A DNA stretch of 64,000 nucleotides, from NCBI GenBank assembly GCA_964490705.1, contig CAZBCG010000011.1, positions 8,834 to 72,833 on the forward strand, written 5' to 3'. The translations under genes were made by a program, and so were the position numbers. Shown in pieces: positions 38,085 through 46,843 of the stretch. Position 1 is the first letter of the stretch; each line of letters begins with the position of its first letter. Under the pieces are notes generated by a model. It ran no database searches. It was given only the letters and a program-made list of their open reading frames with translations, and was not told the origin of the DNA. This DNA is from an uncultured Balneolaceae bacterium (GTDB taxonomy: Bacteria; Bacteroidota; Rhodothermia; Balneolales; Balneolaceae).

Positions 38085-39374
38085 ATGTCACAAAGTGATG
38101 ACGGTCGCATTTCCAGTAAGGGAATGGACAAAAAAATTGAAAAGAAAACCTGGACCACAAAGCATATTGCCATGGCGGTAGGCGGGGTGGCCATTTTAGC
38201 AGTGTTGTTATATGGTTTCATTTTTATGGATACCCGCTCTACACTGAATGTCGATCGGGATAAAATTACAGTGAGCACCGTACAGGAAGATTCTTTTCAG
38301 AAGTTTATTCAGGTGACCGGAACCATCCAGCCGATTCAAACGATCTATCTGGATGCCATCGAAGGCGGCGTTGTGGAAGAGATTTACAAAGAATCGGGTA
38401 CGATGGTGAATCAAGGGGATACTGTGCTTACGCTTTCCAATTCGGATCTGCGACTGCGGGTGCTGCAGCAGAGCTCGGCTATTTATGATCAGATCAATCA
38501 AACAAGGAATTCGCGGCTCAATATTGAACAAAACTCCCTGAGTTTAAAAGAGCGGCTGGCGAATGCAAAAAACCAGCTGGAGATTACAAGATCGACATAT
38601 CAGCGACAGAAGAAACTGCATGAACAAAACCTGGTTGCCGAGCAGGCCTTTTTGGAAGCGAAAGAGAATTATGAATATCAGAAAAAGCGTCATTCACTGA
38701 TTTATGAGTCCTTTAAGCAAGATTCGCTGCAGTCCAGTCAGCAGCTTCAGCAGATCGATCGGTCGCTCGATCGCATGTGGCGGAGTCTCGAGGCCGTGCA
38801 GGGTATTTTGGATCGCCTGATCGTGACGGCACCCATATCGGGACAGCTTTCTACCATTGAGCTTAATCCGGGGCAGTCGATATCATCCGGAGAGCGCATC
38901 GGCCAAGTAGATATTCTGGACAGTTACAAAGTTCGGGTGGGGATTGACGAGTATCATCTGTCACGCATTACAACCGGACTTCGCGGCTCTTTCGATTTTA
39001 ACGGACAAACCCACGAGCTGGAGATTACAAAAGTGTATCCCGTAGTAGAAAATGGACAATTCGAGGTAGATATGGAATTTGTTAGTGAAGCACCATCCGG
39101 ATTAACGCGCGGACAAACGGTCCGTATTCGCCTGGAGCTGGGTGGTTCTTCGAAAGCCGTATTGCTGGCACGCGGTGGATTTTATCAGGCTACAGGGGGT
39201 AACTGGGTGTATCGCCTGAGTGATGACGGAGAACGTGCAGTCAGGCACCAAGTGCAGCTGGGGCGACAAAATCCCGATTATTTTGAAGTACTTTCGGGCC
39301 TGCAGCCGGGTGACAAAATTATCACCAGCAGCTATGATACGTTTGGGGGTAACGAGGTCTTGAATCTGGAGTGA
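38085..39374 (+). CDS. Periplasmic adaptor (HlyD/MacA-like) of ABC exporter
   Basis: N-terminal TM, lipoyl halves 'EGGVVEEI..G..V..GD' and 'TAPISGQL', helical hairpin, 'EVLSGLQPGDKII'. Confidence 0.93.
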   Translation: MSQSDDGRISSKGMDKKIEKKTWTTKHIAMAVGGVAILAVLLYGFIFMDTRSTLNVDRDKITVSTVQEDSFQKFIQVTGTIQPIQTIYLDAIEGGVVEEIYKESGTMVNQGDTVLTLSNSDLRLRVLQQSSAIYDQINQTRNSRLNIEQNSLSLKERLANAKNQLEITRSTYQRQKKLHEQNLVAEQAFLEAKENYEYQKKRHSLIYESFKQDSLQSSQQLQQIDRSLDRMWRSLEAVQGILDRLIVTAPISGQLSTIELNPGQSISSGERIGQVDILDSYKVRVGIDEYHLSRITTGLRGSFDFNGQTHELEITKVYPVVENGQFEVDMEFVSEAPSGLTRGQTVRIRLELGGSSKAVLLARGGFYQATGGNWVYRLSDDGERAVRHQVQLGRQNPDYFEVLSGLQPGDKIITSSYDTFGGNEVLNLE

Positions 39375-39384
39375 GTTTTGGGAT

Positions 39385-39424
39385 GAGTGTGGAAGTGTTT
39401 AAGTGTTAACGTGTTAATGTTCTA
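39385..39424. repeat. Left octamer array flanking the four-helix-bundle gene
   Basis: GAGTGTGG AAGTGTTT AAGTGTTA ACGTGTTA ATGTTCTA. Confidence 0.88.
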
Positions 39425-39428
39425 GGTA

Positions 39429-39863
39429 ATGGCCAAGATTGATAAATATGAAGATCTGCAATGCTGGCAGAAATCTCGGAAGTTAGTCAATTGTGTTTTT
39501 GATTTAATAGAAACACCGAGCATGAAAAATGAATATGCGTTAGCGGATCAGTTAAAACGGGCAAGTATTTCTGTTATGACAAATATAGCAGAAGGGTTCA
39601 ACAGGTATCACAAAAAGGATTTTATTCGTTTTTTAGATTATGCCCAGAGTTCAGCCCAGGAAGTCAAAAGTTTGTTATACATTGTTGCTGACAGAAAGAT
39701 GGCTGACAATGGCAAAGTGGAGGAAATACAGAATGATTGTGATCACTGCCAAGCATTGATACTGGCATTATTAAAACACATCAAAAGTACATTGAATAAA
39801 AATTCGGGCAAGACCAGGGAATCAGATGTTTATTATCTGGCTGAAGAACTGGTCGCGAAATAG
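39429..39863 (+). CDS. Four-helix-bundle protein (23S rRNA IVS protein / Avd-like family)
   Basis: 'YEDLQCWQKS', 'LADQLKRASISVMTNIAEGF', 'FIRFLDYAQSSAQEV' family signature. Confidence 0.93.
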   Translation: MAKIDKYEDLQCWQKSRKLVNCVFDLIETPSMKNEYALADQLKRASISVMTNIAEGFNRYHKKDFIRFLDYAQSSAQEVKSLLYIVADRKMADNGKVEEIQNDCDHCQALILALLKHIKSTLNKNSGKTRESDVYYLAEELVAK

Positions 39864-39868
39864 CAACT

Positions 39869-39908
39869 TGTTACGTAAACACGTTAACACTTACACACAT
39901 TAAAAACG
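39869..39908. repeat. Right (inverted) octamer array flanking the four-helix-bundle gene
   Basis: TGTTACGT AAACACGT TAACACTT ACACACAT; 39878-39893 is the exact reverse complement of 39400-39415. Confidence 0.88.
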
Positions 39909-39915
39909 TCACGCT

Positions 39916-40605
39916 ATGATTAAAACGAAAAACCTCAAGAAGATATATACGACTGATGAAGTTGAGACCACAGCGCTAAACAACGTCAATCTCGAGATCA
40001 GCGAAGGAGAATTTTGTGCGATTATGGGCCCTTCGGGATGCGGGAAGTCAACATTGCTAAACGTGTTGGGCCTGCTCGATAATCCCACCGAGGGAGAATA
40101 TCACTTTATGGATTACGAGGTCTCAAACAAATCCGAACGCGAGCGTGCCCAACTTCGGAAAGGCAATATCGGTTTCGTTTTTCAGAGCTTTAATCTTATT
40201 GATGAGCTGACCGTGTTTGAAAATGTAGAGCTGCCCTTATTGTATTTGGGAGCACCGGCCCAAGAGCGTAAAGAAAAAGCAGAAGCGGCGCTTGAGCGCA
40301 TGAGTATGATGCACCGACGCAATCACTTTCCGCAGCAGCTTTCCGGCGGACAGCAACAGCGGGTGGCGATTGCAAGAGCGGTCGTAGCCGATGCAAAATT
40401 AATTCTGGCCGATGAGCCGACGGGTAATCTCGATTCCGATCACGGTGATGAAGTGATGAAACTGCTGGCCGAACTCAACGAGCAGGGCACCACCATCGTA
40501 ATGGTAACACACTCTCCGCACGATGCCGATTACGCCCGCCGCGTTATTCATCTCTTTGATGGCAATATTGTGACGGAAAATATGCAGGAAGGATTTCACG
40601 TTTGA
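39916..40605 (+). CDS. ABC transporter ATP-binding protein (MacB/LolD-like)
   Basis: 'GPSGCGKST', 'GFVFQSFNL', '[14 protein letters not shown]', '[10 protein letters not shown]', 'VTH'. Confidence 0.97.
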   Translation: MIKTKNLKKIYTTDEVETTALNNVNLEISEGEFCAIMGPSGCGKSTLLNVLGLLDNPTEGEYHFMDYEVSNKSERERAQLRKGNIGFVFQSFNLIDELTVFENVELPLLYLGAPAQERKEKAEAALERMSMMHRRNHFPQQLSGGQQQRVAIARAVVADAKLILADEPTGNLDSDHGDEVMKLLAELNEQGTTIVMVTHSPHDADYARRVIHLFDGNIVTENMQEGFHV

Positions 40606-40617
40606 TTTCTGAGCTTT

Positions 40618-40697
40618 TAACGTGTTAAGGTACCTGATGTGTTAACGTGTAGATGTGTTTGGCAACCAACTTTAACACACAAGCACGTTAACACTTT
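40618..40697. repeat. Inverted pair of degenerate octamer arrays (ACGTGTTA / TAACACGT), empty copy
   Basis: Left ACGTGTTA..ATGTGTTA ACGTGTAG ATGTGTTT; right TAACACAC AAGCACGT TAACACTT. Confidence 0.85.
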
Positions 40698-40756
40698 GAT
40701 AGTGGGTATTATTTATTTCATCAAGACAAAGCCTGCGCTTAGTTATCAAAATAAGG

Positions 40757-40793
40757 TGTTCGATTTCGCACATCCCTTGTTTTGAATCGGACA
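40757..40793. promoter_or_regulatory. Tandem enhancer-binding-protein sites (TGT-N10-ACA)
   Basis: TGTTCGATTTCGCACA (15/16 identical to the 37937 site) and TGTTTTGAATCGGACA starting 21 bp apart. Confidence 0.78.
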
Positions 40794-40844
40794 GCGCACC
40801 GTACTTAACCCTCTCCCAAAAGATTATAAGGCCATTTCTAAACT

Positions 40845-40860
40845 TGGTATGGTTATTGGA
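40845..40860 (+). promoter_or_regulatory. Candidate sigma-54 -24/-12 promoter of the permease genes
   Basis: TGGTATGGTTATTGGA; 88 bp from the first enhancer site. Confidence 0.62.
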
Positions 40861-40925
40861 TTACATAACAACAGAATGGATGAAGAAATAAGCAGTCCAA
40901 TATAAAGCATTACGAAATCCATCTT

Positions 40926-43304
40926 ATGCTAAAGAATTACCTGAAAGTTGCCTGGCGGAATCTCTTTAAGAACAAAGGCTATACGTTTATCAATATTCTT
41001 GGGTTGGCCGTAGGCATTGCGGTATGTGTGATGATCTTCAGTTTTGTATCGCATGAACTCTCTTATGATACCTTTCATAAAAAATCGGATCGCACCTATC
41101 GTGTAACGTTATCCCTAGATCAGCACGATTTAGCTGTTAGTCCATCCATGGTTTTCCCGACGATGCGCCAGCGATATCCCTCGGTTGAAACGGGAGTGCG
41201 GATGTATGCCGCCGGTCGATTTAGCCCGGTTGTGGTAAGTCACGAAGACAAGGTATTTGAAGAGCAGAAGTTTGCCTATGCCGATTCTACCTTTTTTAAG
41301 GTATTCAGCTTTGATCTGATAGACGGAAATCGGGAAACAGCACTCGATCGGCCCAATACGGTGGTGATAAGCCGATCAATGGCACAGAAATATTTTGGGG
41401 ATACAAACCCGCTAGGAAAAACCTTGACGCTTAATAACGAGAGAACATTTGAGGTGACCGGGGTAGTGCAGAACATGCCCGATAACAGTCACTTTACCAT
41501 GGATTTCATCTGTTCTCTGAGCACACTTTCCTCGTGGGGAGAGCTGCAGGACAATGAACTTCGCGGCGCACAATTCTTCACCTACATGGTGCTGCAAGAA
41601 AATGCATCAGCAGATGAGGTGATATCCAAAGTGAATGAGTACATGCAGGAATTGTACCCTGATAACAAAAATGTAAGCCTTGGACTGCAGCCGCTGACCG
41701 ATATCCATCTGTATTCCGATTTTGAATCCGAGATACAGCCCCAGAGTGATATTGCATACGTTTGGGCCGCCTCTGCGATTGCGCTACTGATCTTGATTAT
41801 TGCTTGTATCAACTATATGAATTTGGCTACCGCCCGATCGGCTCGTCGTTCGCAGGAGGTGGGTATCCGCAAGGTATTGGGCTCCAGTCGCAAGCGGTTG
41901 GTGATGCAGTTTTACGGAGAATCAGCCTTTATTACCATGCTGGCTATTGTGTGTTCGGTATTGTTGATCGAGCTATTCAATCCGTGGTTTAGTCAGCTAG
42001 TAGGCCAACAAGTTGATATTGCATTGACCAACCCCACCACCTTGGGAATGTTGGCAGCAATTGGATTACTTATTACGCTGATGGCTGGCAGCTATCCGGC
42101 AATACTGTTGTCTTCGTTTAGTCCCGTTGCGGTGCTAAAAGGAAGTCAATCAAAAAGCAGAAGCAGCACCCTGCGAAAAGCATTGGTGGTGTTCCAGTTT
42201 GCGATGTCGGTGATACTGATCATCGGGACGCTCGTGATCTATCAGCAGATCGATTTTGTGCAGCAGAAAGAGCTGGGATATCAGAAAGAAAATGTGCTGG
42301 TGCTTACGTCGTATCCGGAGGTGGAGCGTCGCTTCGATACGTTTAAATCACTGCTTCAGCAGCGCAGAGGCATTGAACAGGCGACAATGGTGAGCGAAAC
42401 GCCTACTAATATTAGCGGTGGTTATACCATCCAGGTGGAGGGTATTCCAGACAGCGAACGCAATGTCATTACGGGGCTGCGGGCGGATCACAATTTTACC
42501 GAGACGCTGGATATCCCGGTTAAAGTGGGAGACTCATTTACAAAATCGGATTATGAGCAAACGAATCCCGAGGAAGGAGAACCCCGCTACAGTTTCTTGA
42601 TTAACGAGGCGATGGTTGATTATCTGGGCGAATCTGCCGAGGATCTCATAGGCCGCCGGGCAGAAGTCAATGGGCGCGTGGGCACGATAACGGGAGTCGC
42701 AGAGAACTTTCATTTTGCTCCGCTGCATAAATCAATAAGTCCGCTCGTTATTTTTCCGGAGGATGGGTTCAATAAGATGCTGGTACGGTTTAATACAGAG
42801 GATACCAGGCAGGCTCTAAATGAGAGCCAAGAGGTTTGGGAGAACCTTTTCCCGCAATATCCCATGGAATATCAGTTTTTGGACCAAGAGTATGAGGCGC
42901 TTTATCAGCAAGAAAGCCGCGCGGGTAATATGTTCGGTCAGTTTGCTTTTCTGGCCATTTTTATTGCTTGCCTGGGACTGCTGGGACTGTCGGCCTATAC
43001 CGCCGAGCAGCGAACCAAAGAGATCGGCGTTCGCAAAGTGTTAGGTGCTTCGGTGTCGCAGTTGGTTCTTCTGATGTCGAGAGATTTTACCAAACTGGTG
43101 CTTATCGCTATTGGAGTTGGAATTCCTGTTGGCTGGTGGGTGATGAGTGCCTGGCTGCAGGATTACGCTTACCGCATCAATTTACAAATATGGCATTTTG
43201 CGGCTGCGGGAGGAATCTCCCTGCTCATTGCCTGGATCACCGTGAGTTGGCAAGCACTCAAAGCAGCAACCGTAAATCCTGTAAATAGTTTGCGCAGTGA
43301 ATAG
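40926..43304 (+). CDS. ABC transporter permease (MacB/FtsX-like, duplicated), paralog 1
   Basis: 'MLKNYLKVAWRNL', 'ACINYMNL', 'EVGIRKVLG', 'RTKEIGVRKVLGAS', 'NPVNSLRSE'. Confidence 0.95.
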   Translation: MLKNYLKVAWRNLFKNKGYTFINILGLAVGIAVCVMIFSFVSHELSYDTFHKKSDRTYRVTLSLDQHDLAVSPSMVFPTMRQRYPSVETGVRMYAAGRFSPVVVSHEDKVFEEQKFAYADSTFFKVFSFDLIDGNRETALDRPNTVVISRSMAQKYFGDTNPLGKTLTLNNERTFEVTGVVQNMPDNSHFTMDFICSLSTLSSWGELQDNELRGAQFFTYMVLQENASADEVISKVNEYMQELYPDNKNVSLGLQPLTDIHLYSDFESEIQPQSDIAYVWAASAIALLILIIACINYMNLATARSARRSQEVGIRKVLGSSRKRLVMQFYGESAFITMLAIVCSVLLIELFNPWFSQLVGQQVDIALTNPTTLGMLAAIGLLITLMAGSYPAILLSSFSPVAVLKGSQSKSRSSTLRKALVVFQFAMSVILIIGTLVIYQQIDFVQQKELGYQKENVLVLTSYPEVERRFDTFKSLLQQRRGIEQATMVSETPTNISGGYTIQVEGIPDSERNVITGLRADHNFTETLDIPVKVGDSFTKSDYEQTNPEEGEPRYSFLINEAMVDYLGESAEDLIGRRAEVNGRVGTITGVAENFHFAPLHKSISPLVIFPEDGFNKMLVRFNTEDTRQALNESQEVWENLFPQYPMEYQFLDQEYEALYQQESRAGNMFGQFAFLAIFIACLGLLGLSAYTAEQRTKEIGVRKVLGASVSQLVLLMSRDFTKLVLIAIGVGIPVGWWVMSAWLQDYAYRINLQIWHFAAAGGISLLIAWITVSWQALKAATVNPVNSLRSE

Positions 43305-43355
43305 TCTTTGAATTTCCAAGGGAGATAAGTACAGCTATCAACAAAAAAATATGCT

Positions 43356-45731
43356 ATGCTCAGTAACTATATCAAAATTGCCTGGCGGAATATCATTAGA
43401 AACAAGGGCTATGCTCTGATTAATATTCTTGGACTAGCAGTAGGATTAGCCTGCTGTATCCTCATTGCTCAGTATGTTCAGGATGAGTTAAGCTACGACA
43501 ACTTCCATGAAAAGTCCGTTTATTTCGTCGGCAAAGAGAGTACGTTCGGAGGCAATTCGAGGAGAAGCATGTCCACTTCGCTGCCACTGGGGCAGGCGCT
43601 GGTCAATGAGATTCCCGAAGTGGAAAGCTATGTACAGATGACATGGCCGAGTAGTGGAGAAGTGAGCAAAAATAGCCAGGATTTTACGGAAGAGGGTCGA
43701 ATTCTAAATGCCACTTCTTCGTTTTTTGAGGTCTTCAATTTTTCATTGAAGGTGGGTAATCCCGAGAACGTTCTGGATCAGCCGAACTCAGTGGTAATTA
43801 CCGAAGAGATGATGAAGAAATATTTCCCGGGCGAAGATCCCATCGGCCAGTCGCTAACTATTCAGAGATACGGCGAAAATACTTATACAGTGACCGGAGT
43901 AGCCAGGAATGTAACCCAGAACAGCTACCTGGATTTTGATATGGTCACGACATTGGGCTCGCTGCAAACTGTGAAGGATAAACGGGGGCAGGGTGCGTGG
44001 GGTGCCAGCATGTTTCACACTTATGCTTCGCTTCAAGAGGGTGCCGATTCTGATTTTGTAGAGTCAAAACTGGCTGACATTGCCGACAATCATTTTGAGG
44101 AAGAGCGAGAGGTATCCTTTTTCTTTGTTCCCGTTTCTGATTTGTATATCTCAGATCTGGTATCCCGGGATGGGTTTAAAGGGGATATGAAATACATTTA
44201 TATCTTCGGTGCCATCTCTCTGTTTATTCTGATTATTGCCTGTATCAACTATATGAATTTGGCTACGGCGCGGGCAGCCCAGCGTTCGCAGGAAGTGGGT
44301 ATCCGCAAAACGGTGGGAGCCGACCGCTGGCAGGTAGCGCGACAGTTTTTGGGAGAGGCCGTACTCATTAGCCTGTTTTCGTTTGTCGTTGGATTACTGA
44401 TTGCCGAACTGGCGCTGCCGGTTTTCAACCAGATTTTTGATAAAGAGCTGGAGTTGTACTTTCGTGAGAATATAGGATTTCTGTTTTCACTGGGCGGGCT
44501 GGCCATGGTGGTGGGATTGATATCCGGCAGTTATCCCGCATTCTACCTTTCTGGTTTTCAGCCGCACCGCATTATGAGTGGGCAGCTTTTTGGTCGCAAG
44601 CCATCCGCGGGACTTCGAAAAACACTCGTGGTGTTTCAGTATACCGTAACCGTGGCTCTGCTGATCGGTACCATCGTGGTTTTCAAACAGCTGCAATTTA
44701 CGCAAACCAAAGATCTTGGATTTAATGAAGAGCAGGTCATTGTGATACCAATGCCGGGCGAATTGTCATCAAAGCACGAGATACTAAAGCAAGAGCTTCA
44801 AAAAAATCCGGATATCCTGAGTGTTTCGGCAGCATCGGCTGCACCTTCGGGATTTAATACCCGTTATGGTTTGGCTTTTGATCCCGATCAGCCGGATCGT
44901 GAGGTTAGTTTTTACGGTTTATTTGCTGATCCAAACTATGTGAAAACACTGGGTCTGGAGATGGCTGCCGGACGCTTTTTTGAAGAGGAGCGAACCGAAG
45001 ACAGTACGGTGGTCTTAAACGAAGCTGCCGTGGAAAAACTGGGATGGGAGTCTCCGCAAAAGACCATTGGAAGGGAACTTACACACGGAGAGGTAATCGG
45101 TGTTATAAAAGATTTTCACTTTGCTTCGTTAAGGCAACAGATTGATGGAGTTTACATCAGGTCCCAACGCCCGGAAAGTTCTTCGTATGCATCCTATGAT
45201 CAGATTGTGGCACGATTACATCCCGAAAATATTAATGAGTCTATTGATTACATCAGAAATAAGTGGGAGTCGCTTGCAGGTGACCAAACGTTCACTTATT
45301 CATTTCTGGATCAAAAATTCGAAGAAATGTATCGAACCGAGCAGCGGTTGAGTAAGGTATTTACAACCTTTTCGATTATTGCGATAGTGATTGCCTGCCT
45401 TGGGCTGCTCGGGCTGGCGGCGTATTCCGCCGAGCGCCGCACCAAAGAGATCGGCATCAGAAAAGTGATGGGCGCGACGGTAACAAACGTCGTAACATTG
45501 TTGAGCAAGGATTTTCTAAAATTGGTTGCGTTAGGATTTGTGATTGCCGTGCCCATTGCCTGGTATGTTATGAACCGGTGGCTGCAGGAGTTTGCCTACC
45601 GCATCGAAATTGGCCCGGAAATTTTTGCCATGGCCGGTGGCGCAGCGCTGCTGATTGCACTGGCCACCGTCAGCTGGCAGTCGGTGCGGGCGGCAGTTGC
45701 AAATCCGGTGGATAGCTTGCGCAGTGAATGA
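43356..45731 (+). CDS. ABC transporter permease (MacB/FtsX-like, duplicated), paralog 2
   Basis: Same motif set as paralog 1; ends 'NPVDSLRSE'. Confidence 0.95.
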   Translation: MLSNYIKIAWRNIIRNKGYALINILGLAVGLACCILIAQYVQDELSYDNFHEKSVYFVGKESTFGGNSRRSMSTSLPLGQALVNEIPEVESYVQMTWPSSGEVSKNSQDFTEEGRILNATSSFFEVFNFSLKVGNPENVLDQPNSVVITEEMMKKYFPGEDPIGQSLTIQRYGENTYTVTGVARNVTQNSYLDFDMVTTLGSLQTVKDKRGQGAWGASMFHTYASLQEGADSDFVESKLADIADNHFEEEREVSFFFVPVSDLYISDLVSRDGFKGDMKYIYIFGAISLFILIIACINYMNLATARAAQRSQEVGIRKTVGADRWQVARQFLGEAVLISLFSFVVGLLIAELALPVFNQIFDKELELYFRENIGFLFSLGGLAMVVGLISGSYPAFYLSGFQPHRIMSGQLFGRKPSAGLRKTLVVFQYTVTVALLIGTIVVFKQLQFTQTKDLGFNEEQVIVIPMPGELSSKHEILKQELQKNPDILSVSAASAAPSGFNTRYGLAFDPDQPDREVSFYGLFADPNYVKTLGLEMAAGRFFEEERTEDSTVVLNEAAVEKLGWESPQKTIGRELTHGEVIGVIKDFHFASLRQQIDGVYIRSQRPESSSYASYDQIVARLHPENINESIDYIRNKWESLAGDQTFTYSFLDQKFEEMYRTEQRLSKVFTTFSIIAIVIACLGLLGLAAYSAERRTKEIGIRKVMGATVTNVVTLLSKDFLKLVALGFVIAVPIAWYVMNRWLQEFAYRIEIGPEIFAMAGGAALLIALATVSWQSVRAAVANPVDSLRSE

Positions 45732-45757
45732 CAACTGATTACGAAGACGATATTGGA

Positions 45758-46642
45758 TTAATGATCACGGTCATGATTTCGTTTTCGGCTTTTTCCGCGT
45801 TTTGATCGCTCTTTCGTTTGGCTTCGTTGTTTCTTGACCTTTCCGCGATTGTCAGATCCACGGTTGCGGTTCTTGTGCACTTTTTCTTTATGATCTTTGG
45901 TCCTGCGTTCTACAGAATGCCGTTTCCGTTTGTCGGAGCGATCGCCTTGGATTTTTATCCGGGGACGACTCATGTTATCCGACCGATAGTGCTTGCGACT
46001 AATTCGGCTGCGGTCATCAGCAATGCGACTCCGATTTCTCTTTTTGGCTTTATCCAGCCGCTGTCGATAGTCGCGAATTCGTTTGTGAAACCTGCGCTCA
46101 ACGTTGGATGAGCTGTAATAATCATCATGCCCCTGATGGTGCGATCGCTTGGCCATCCATTTACGATATTTTTTGATCCGGGGATGGGCACGGTGTCGCC
46201 ATTGGGATGGGAGTTGATGGGCAGGAGCTTGCAAAAATGCCAGCGATAACCGCTCCAGCCAGATTTGAACAGCGTATCTCGGTGCATAATAGTCATCATA
46301 GGCAAAGCGGTGTCGATTGTACCAGCGGTGACCGCGCAGTCGAATAAGCAGCCTTCGATCTCGGTATCCATCGCGAAAACCGGCTCGGTAGGCCTTGATG
46401 TCAATGGGGCGATCAACAAAAAGGATGCCCGCAAAATACTTATCATTGACTCCGTCCATATATCCCGTCAGATAGGTCGATTTGTAGGAATCGTAATGCC
46501 GGTTATAGTTATCAATATTTATTTGAAAATGGATAAACGGTTGAAACGATTGGTAACTTAATTCAATATGCGCATGCTGTGCTTGCGATGGCATATTAAA
46601 CAACAACAAAAAACCGAATATGATGGGTAGCTTTTTTAACAT
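45758..46642 (-). CDS. Exported hypothetical protein with aromatic core and long Arg/Lys/His-rich tail
   Basis: Signal peptide (..SQA/Q), 'YLTGYMDG', 'YRAGFRDGY', SD-like GAGG upstream. Confidence 0.7.
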   Translation of the reverse strand: MLKKLPIIFGFLLLFNMPSQAQHAHIELSYQSFQPFIHFQINIDNYNRHYDSYKSTYLTGYMDGVNDKYFAGILFVDRPIDIKAYRAGFRDGYRDRRLLIRLRGHRWYNRHRFAYDDYYAPRYAVQIWLERLSLAFLQAPAHQLPSQWRHRAHPRIKKYRKWMAKRSHHQGHDDYYSSSNVERRFHKRIRDYRQRLDKAKKRNRSRIADDRSRISRKHYRSDNMSRPRIKIQGDRSDKRKRHSVERRTKDHKEKVHKNRNRGSDNRGKVKKQRSQTKERSKRGKSRKRNHDRDH

Positions 46643-46843
46643 GATGACCTCCTCGGGATTCGTTATAGAAACTATTTGCTAGATATAGTTTCTGGTGGGG
46701 TCTCGAAATAACATAACCATGTGTGGCATGATCATGTTAGAGATGTTATTATTTTCAATTGGGATGGGGAACGCTATCACGCCGGAAGGTCTTTAAATCA
46801 AACAATCCCAAGAACCATTAATACAAACCTAATTGCTGATATT

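Noticed and set aside
39429..39863. Diversity-generating retroelement suggested by the Avd-like fold
   Set aside because: No reverse transcriptase and no template/variable repeat pair seen in the window
39385..40697. Octamer arrays as a CRISPR array or IS terminal repeats
   Set aside because: Units are 8 nt with no unique spacers; no cas or transposase gene; no target duplication identified
46723..46738. Possible sigma-54 promoter TGGCATGATCATGTTA before the serine hydrolase
   Set aside because: The -12 position reads TGT instead of TTG and no enhancer pair lies upstream
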